Assembly (NCBI GenBank): GCA_963747235.1
Contig: CAVVEU010000033.1
Location: forward strand, 128,001-192,000
Length of the DNA: 64,000 bases
Direction of reading: 5' to 3'
Source of the DNA: an uncultured Candidatus Rokubacteria bacterium
GTDB taxonomy: Bacteria; Methylomirabilota; Methylomirabilia; Rokubacteriales; CSP1-6
This document shows, one piece after another, positions 60,720 to 64,000 of the stretch. The notes beneath the pieces are model-generated. The model made no database searches. It saw only the letters and a list, made by a program, of their open reading frames with translations, and had not been told where the DNA came from. Numbering within the stretch: position 1 is the stretch's first letter; each line of letters opens with the position of its first letter. A program made the translations under genes and the position numbers.

Positions 60720-61832
60720 ATGGCGGAAACGGCGAGGATGGCGGTGTTCCACGGCGCGGGCAAACCGTTCGAGATCCGCGAGTATCCGGTGCCCGATCCC
60801 GAGCCCGGCGCGATCCTGGTCAAGGTGGCGATGGCCAACGTGTGCGGCTCCGATCTCCACTACTGGCGGGGCGAGCTCGACTACGTGAAGATGGGCCGGC
60901 CGCTGCCGCTCAACACCGGGCACGAGCACGTGGGACGCGTGGCCAAGCTCGGCGCCGGCGTCACCACCGACTCGGCGGGCCGGCCGCTCGCGGTGGGCGA
61001 CCGCGTGGCCTACCGCTTCTTCTTCCCCTGCGGACGCTGCCGCATGTGCCTCAAGGGCAAGACCAAGTCCTGCCCGGTGCGCCAGGCCAACTTCCTCGTC
61101 TCCTGCGAAGTCTGGCCGCACTTCCAGGGCGGCTTCGGCGAGTACTTCTACCTGCGCCCGAATCACGCGGTCTTCAAGCTGGCCGACGACATCACCGACG
61201 ACATGGCCGCGGGCGTCAACTGCGCGTTCAGCCAGGTCTACGCGGGCCTCGACATCGCGGCGGTGCGCGCGGGGCAGACCGTGGTCATCCAGGGCGCGGG
61301 CGGCCTCGGTGTGTACGCGTGCGCGGTGGCGAAGGAGATGGGGGCGGCGCGCGTCATCATCATCGACGGCGTGGAGGAGCGACTGACCCTGGCGCGCTCC
61401 TTCGGGGCCACCGACGTGGTGGACATGCGCGAGCACAAGACGCCGGACGATCGCATCCAAGCGGTGAAGAAGCTCACCGACGACTGGGGCGGCGACGTGG
61501 TCATGGAGCTGGTGGGCAACCCCAAGGTGGTGGACGAGGGGCTGCGGATGACCGCGCCGGAAGGCACGTATCTCGAGATCGGCAACATCAACGTGGGCTG
61601 GAAGGCCGAGTTCGATCCGGCCTGGATCATCTTCGGCAACCGCCGCATCATCGGCCTCTCCCACTACGAGGCCGAGCACCTGCGCGGCGCGCTCGACATG
61701 ATGACGCGCACTCGCACGCGGTATCCGTGGAACAAGATCATCTCGCACAAGTTCCCGCTCGAAGCGATCGAGGAGGCCTTCGTCCAGCAGGACAAGGGCC
61801 ACGTCACCCGCGCCGCGATCGTTCCCAACTGA
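60720..61832 (+). CDS. Zinc-binding alcohol dehydrogenase (MDR)
   Basis: VCGSDLH, GHE, CGRCRMC..C structural Zn site, GAGGLG. Confidence 0.93.
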   Translation: MAETARMAVFHGAGKPFEIREYPVPDPEPGAILVKVAMANVCGSDLHYWRGELDYVKMGRPLPLNTGHEHVGRVAKLGAGVTTDSAGRPLAVGDRVAYRFFFPCGRCRMCLKGKTKSCPVRQANFLVSCEVWPHFQGGFGEYFYLRPNHAVFKLADDITDDMAAGVNCAFSQVYAGLDIAAVRAGQTVVIQGAGGLGVYACAVAKEMGAARVIIIDGVEERLTLARSFGATDVVDMREHKTPDDRIQAVKKLTDDWGGDVVMELVGNPKVVDEGLRMTAPEGTYLEIGNINVGWKAEFDPAWIIFGNRRIIGLSHYEAEHLRGALDMMTRTRTRYPWNKIISHKFPLEAIEEAFVQQDKGHVTRAAIVPN

Positions 61833-61857
61833 GACCCCGACCAGGAGAGATCCCGCA

Positions 61858-62373
61858 ATGTCCGAGCAGAGCTGGGCCAAGCACGTCGCGGACGTGCTGC
61901 GCCGCAACGGTATCCGCCTGTACGCGACCGTTCCCGACTACATCGTGAGCCACGTGCTGGACGAGCTGTGGGCCGACCCCGAGTGCCGCGTGATCACGAC
62001 GACCAGAGAAGAAGAGGCGGTGGGTTTGCTCTCCGGAGCCTGGCTCGCGGGGCACCGCGGCGCGCTGCTGATGCAGAACAGCGGCCTCGGCAACTGCACC
62101 AATGCGCTCGCCTCGCTCAACATGGCGAGCATGATCCCGATGGTCCTGGTCATGAGCCATCGCGGCGACCTGGGCGAGTTCAACCCGGCCCAGGTGCCGA
62201 TGGGCCGGGCGGTCACGCACATCCTGGACGCGCTCGGCATCCGCTGGATCCGGCCGATGTCGATCGAGGAGCTGGAGCACCAGACCGACGGGCTGGTGAA
62301 ACTCTGCTACGTGAGCTCGCAGCCGGTGGCCATCGTGCTGCCGTCGGAGTTGACCGGAGGCAAGCGAGGATGA
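61858..62373 (+). CDS. ThDP decarboxylase alpha subunit (sulfopyruvate/phosphonopyruvate decarboxylase, ComD-like)
   Basis: TVPD, TREEEAVGLLSG, LMQNSGLGN, SHRG..E..PAQVPMG. Confidence 0.88.
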   Translation: MSEQSWAKHVADVLRRNGIRLYATVPDYIVSHVLDELWADPECRVITTTREEEAVGLLSGAWLAGHRGALLMQNSGLGNCTNALASLNMASMIPMVLVMSHRGDLGEFNPAQVPMGRAVTHILDALGIRWIRPMSIEELEHQTDGLVKLCYVSSQPVAIVLPSELTGGKRG

Positions 62374-62948
62374 GCCCGCTCACCCGCGCCGGCGCCACGA
62401 AGTACCTCGCCTCCCGGCTGACCAACGAGGTCGTGGTCTCGAACCTGGGCCAGGCCTCGCTCGACCTGCTCCAGATCGCGGACCGCCCGCTCAACTGCTA
62501 CACCTTCGGGGCGATGGGCCAGTGCTCCTCGATCGGCCTCGGCATCGCGATCGGCCGACCCGACGTCCGCGTGATCTGCCTGGACGGCGACGGCTCGCTG
62601 CTCATGAACCTGGGCTCGCTCTGCACCATCGCCGCGGAAGCCCCGAAGAACTACGTCTTGATGGTCTGGGACAACGAGGTCCACCAGACCACCGGCGGCC
62701 AGGCCACCGCGACCGCCCGCAAGGCGAGCCTGGTCGGCATCGCGCGCGGCGCCGGCATCGAGAAGGGCATCGAGGTGCGCACCCAGGAGGAGCTCGAGCG
62801 CGCGACGGGCCGGATCCTCACGGAGGACGGGCCCTTCATCGTGGTGGTGAAGATCGACAAGGGCCCGTCCACTGCCCCCTTCGACCAGGACCTCATCGGC
62901 CAGGCCTCCCGTTTCCGCAAGGCCCTCGCGGCCCTGCCCGCCGCCTGA
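62370..62948 (+). CDS. ThDP decarboxylase beta subunit (ComE-like)
   Basis: GAMG, DGDGSLLMNLG, DNE..TTGGQ ThDP motif; ATGA overlap. Confidence 0.88.
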   Translation: MSPLTRAGATKYLASRLTNEVVVSNLGQASLDLLQIADRPLNCYTFGAMGQCSSIGLGIAIGRPDVRVICLDGDGSLLMNLGSLCTIAAEAPKNYVLMVWDNEVHQTTGGQATATARKASLVGIARGAGIEKGIEVRTQEELERATGRILTEDGPFIVVVKIDKGPSTAPFDQDLIGQASRFRKALAALPAA

Positions 62949-62964
62949 CCAGAAGGAGCACGCC

Positions 62965-63456
62965 ATGGCAGGAATCTACGATTTCACGGTGAAGACGATC
63001 GATGGCAAGGAGCAGTCGCTCGCGGACTATCGCGGCAAGGCGCTGCTGGTGGTGAACGTGGCGTCGAAGTGCGGGCTCACGCCGCAGTACGAAGCGTTGC
63101 AGGCGCTGCAGGCCGAGTACGGCCCGCGAGGCTTCGCGGTGCTGGGTTTCCCCTGCAACCAGTTCGCGGGGCAGGAGCCGGGGAGCGACGCGTACGTCCA
63201 GGCCTTCTGCTCGACGAACTATGGCGTGACGTTCCCGATGTTCTCGAAGGTCGAGGTGAACGGCGGCGGCCGCGCCCCGCTCTACACCTGGCTCACCGGC
63301 CAGGCGACCAAGCCCGATGGCGCCGGCGACATCAAGTGGAACTTCGCCAAGTTCCTGGTGGACAAGACCGGCCAGGTCGCCGCGCGCTTCGAGCCCAAGA
63401 CCGCGCCCAGCGCGCCCGAGGTGAAGCAGGCCGTCGAGAAAGTCGTCGGCGCCTGA
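62965..63456 (+). CDS. Glutathione peroxidase family protein (Cys-type)
   Basis: NVASKCGLTPQY, GFPCNQF, IKWNFAKFLV. Confidence 0.95.
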   Translation: MAGIYDFTVKTIDGKEQSLADYRGKALLVVNVASKCGLTPQYEALQALQAEYGPRGFAVLGFPCNQFAGQEPGSDAYVQAFCSTNYGVTFPMFSKVEVNGGGRAPLYTWLTGQATKPDGAGDIKWNFAKFLVDKTGQVAARFEPKTAPSAPEVKQAVEKVVGA

Positions 63457-63485
63457 CGCCGGCGGGTCTGCCCGTCCTCTCGCCC

Positions 63486-64000
63486 GTGCGTTTTCACAGC
63501 ATCGAAGCGATCGCGCTCGACATCCCGCTCTCGCGCAACTTCGGCGGGAGCACCTACGCGGTCCTCAAGCGCTCCACCGTGGTTACCCGGCTGCGCACGG
63601 ACGACGGGCTCGTCAGCGAGGTCTACAACGGCGACAACCGTGAGCACGGCCTCGAGATCGTCCGGCTGATCCACGAGGACCTCGCCCCGCTCCTGCGCGG
63701 CCAGGACCTGCTCGATGGCGAGCGCATCTGGGACCGCCTCTTCGCCTTCACCCACAGCAGCCGCGATCGCAAGACCCTGATGGAGGCCATCGCCTGCGTG
63801 GACTGCGCCATCTGGGACCTCGTCGGTAGGGCGCGCGGCCAGAGCGTGTGCGCGCTGCTCGGCGGACGCCCGCCCCGGCGTTTGCCCATCATCTCGATCG
63901 GCGGCTACTACCGAGAGGGCAAGACCCTGGCGGACATCGGCCGCGAGATGGAGAGCTACCGCGAGGCCGGCATGGCGGGCTGCAAGTTCAAGGTGGGCGG
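63486..64000 (+). CDS. Mandelate racemase/muconate lactonizing enzyme family, N-terminal part
   Basis: Manual translation MRFHSIEAIALDIPL..RLRTDDG..AIACVDCAIWDLVG..LLGG..GCKFKVG; runs off the window. Confidence 0.85.
   Translation, partial: MRFHSIEAIALDIPLSRNFGGSTYAVLKRSTVVTRLRTDDGLVSEVYNGDNREHGLEIVRLIHEDLAPLLRGQDLLDGERIWDRLFAFTHSSRDRKTLMEAIACVDCAIWDLVGRARGQSVCALLGGRPPRRLPIISIGGYYREGKTLADIGREMESYREAGMAGCKFKVG

Noticed and set aside
61858-62948. Phosphonate natural-product or coenzyme M biosynthetic cluster
   Set aside because: No PEP mutase, comA/B/C or tailoring genes in the window
62965-63456. Glutathione peroxidase as a second selenoprotein
   Set aside because: The active-site codon is TGC (ASKCG); no in-frame TGA
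1-64000. tRNA (including tRNA-Sec), rRNA, riboswitches, integrases or transposases
   Set aside because: Intergenic gaps are short and none showed recognisable motifs by eye; tRNAscan-SE and an Rfam scan would be needed to exclude them formally

Overview
Gene-dense, very GC-rich (by eye about 70%) bacterial chromosomal segment with no rRNA, tRNA, CRISPR array or transposase that I could recognise. It is dominated by solute uptake (five family-5 ABC binding proteins, three permease pairs, one ATPase pair, an Fe3+/polyamine-type ABC system, TRAP membrane subunits, DASS and TauE transporters) and catabolic enzymes (five luciferase-like oxidoreductases, amidohydrolases, amidase, CoA-transferase III, hydantoinase/oxoprolinase, thiolase-like + DUF35, split ThDP decarboxylase). 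This content resembles Candidatus Rokubacteria (inference only). About 18 genes are broken by single-base frameshifts that look like long-read assembly errors, so many ORF-track entries are chimeric and were re-joined by hand. The most notable feature is a selenoprotein the ORF track missed (28937-29446, minus strand): an in-frame TGA gives a U-G-S-C motif followed by a SECIS-like hairpin. It lies in a tightly coupled operon with an uncharacterised 'WTDGLPV' partner protein, a 42-aa probable DctP remnant and TRAP DctQ/DctM. Other points of interest: a sigma54/IHF/palindrome promoter before a hybrid kinase, a repeated non-coding element (one copy flanked by a 17-bp direct repeat), an unannotated Tyr/Pro-rich lipoprotein, a TerB-like protein with an IF1-like N-terminus, a Cys-less thiolase/DUF35 pair next to an ATP-dependent hydantoinase-like enzyme, and an orphan beta-barrel candidate.
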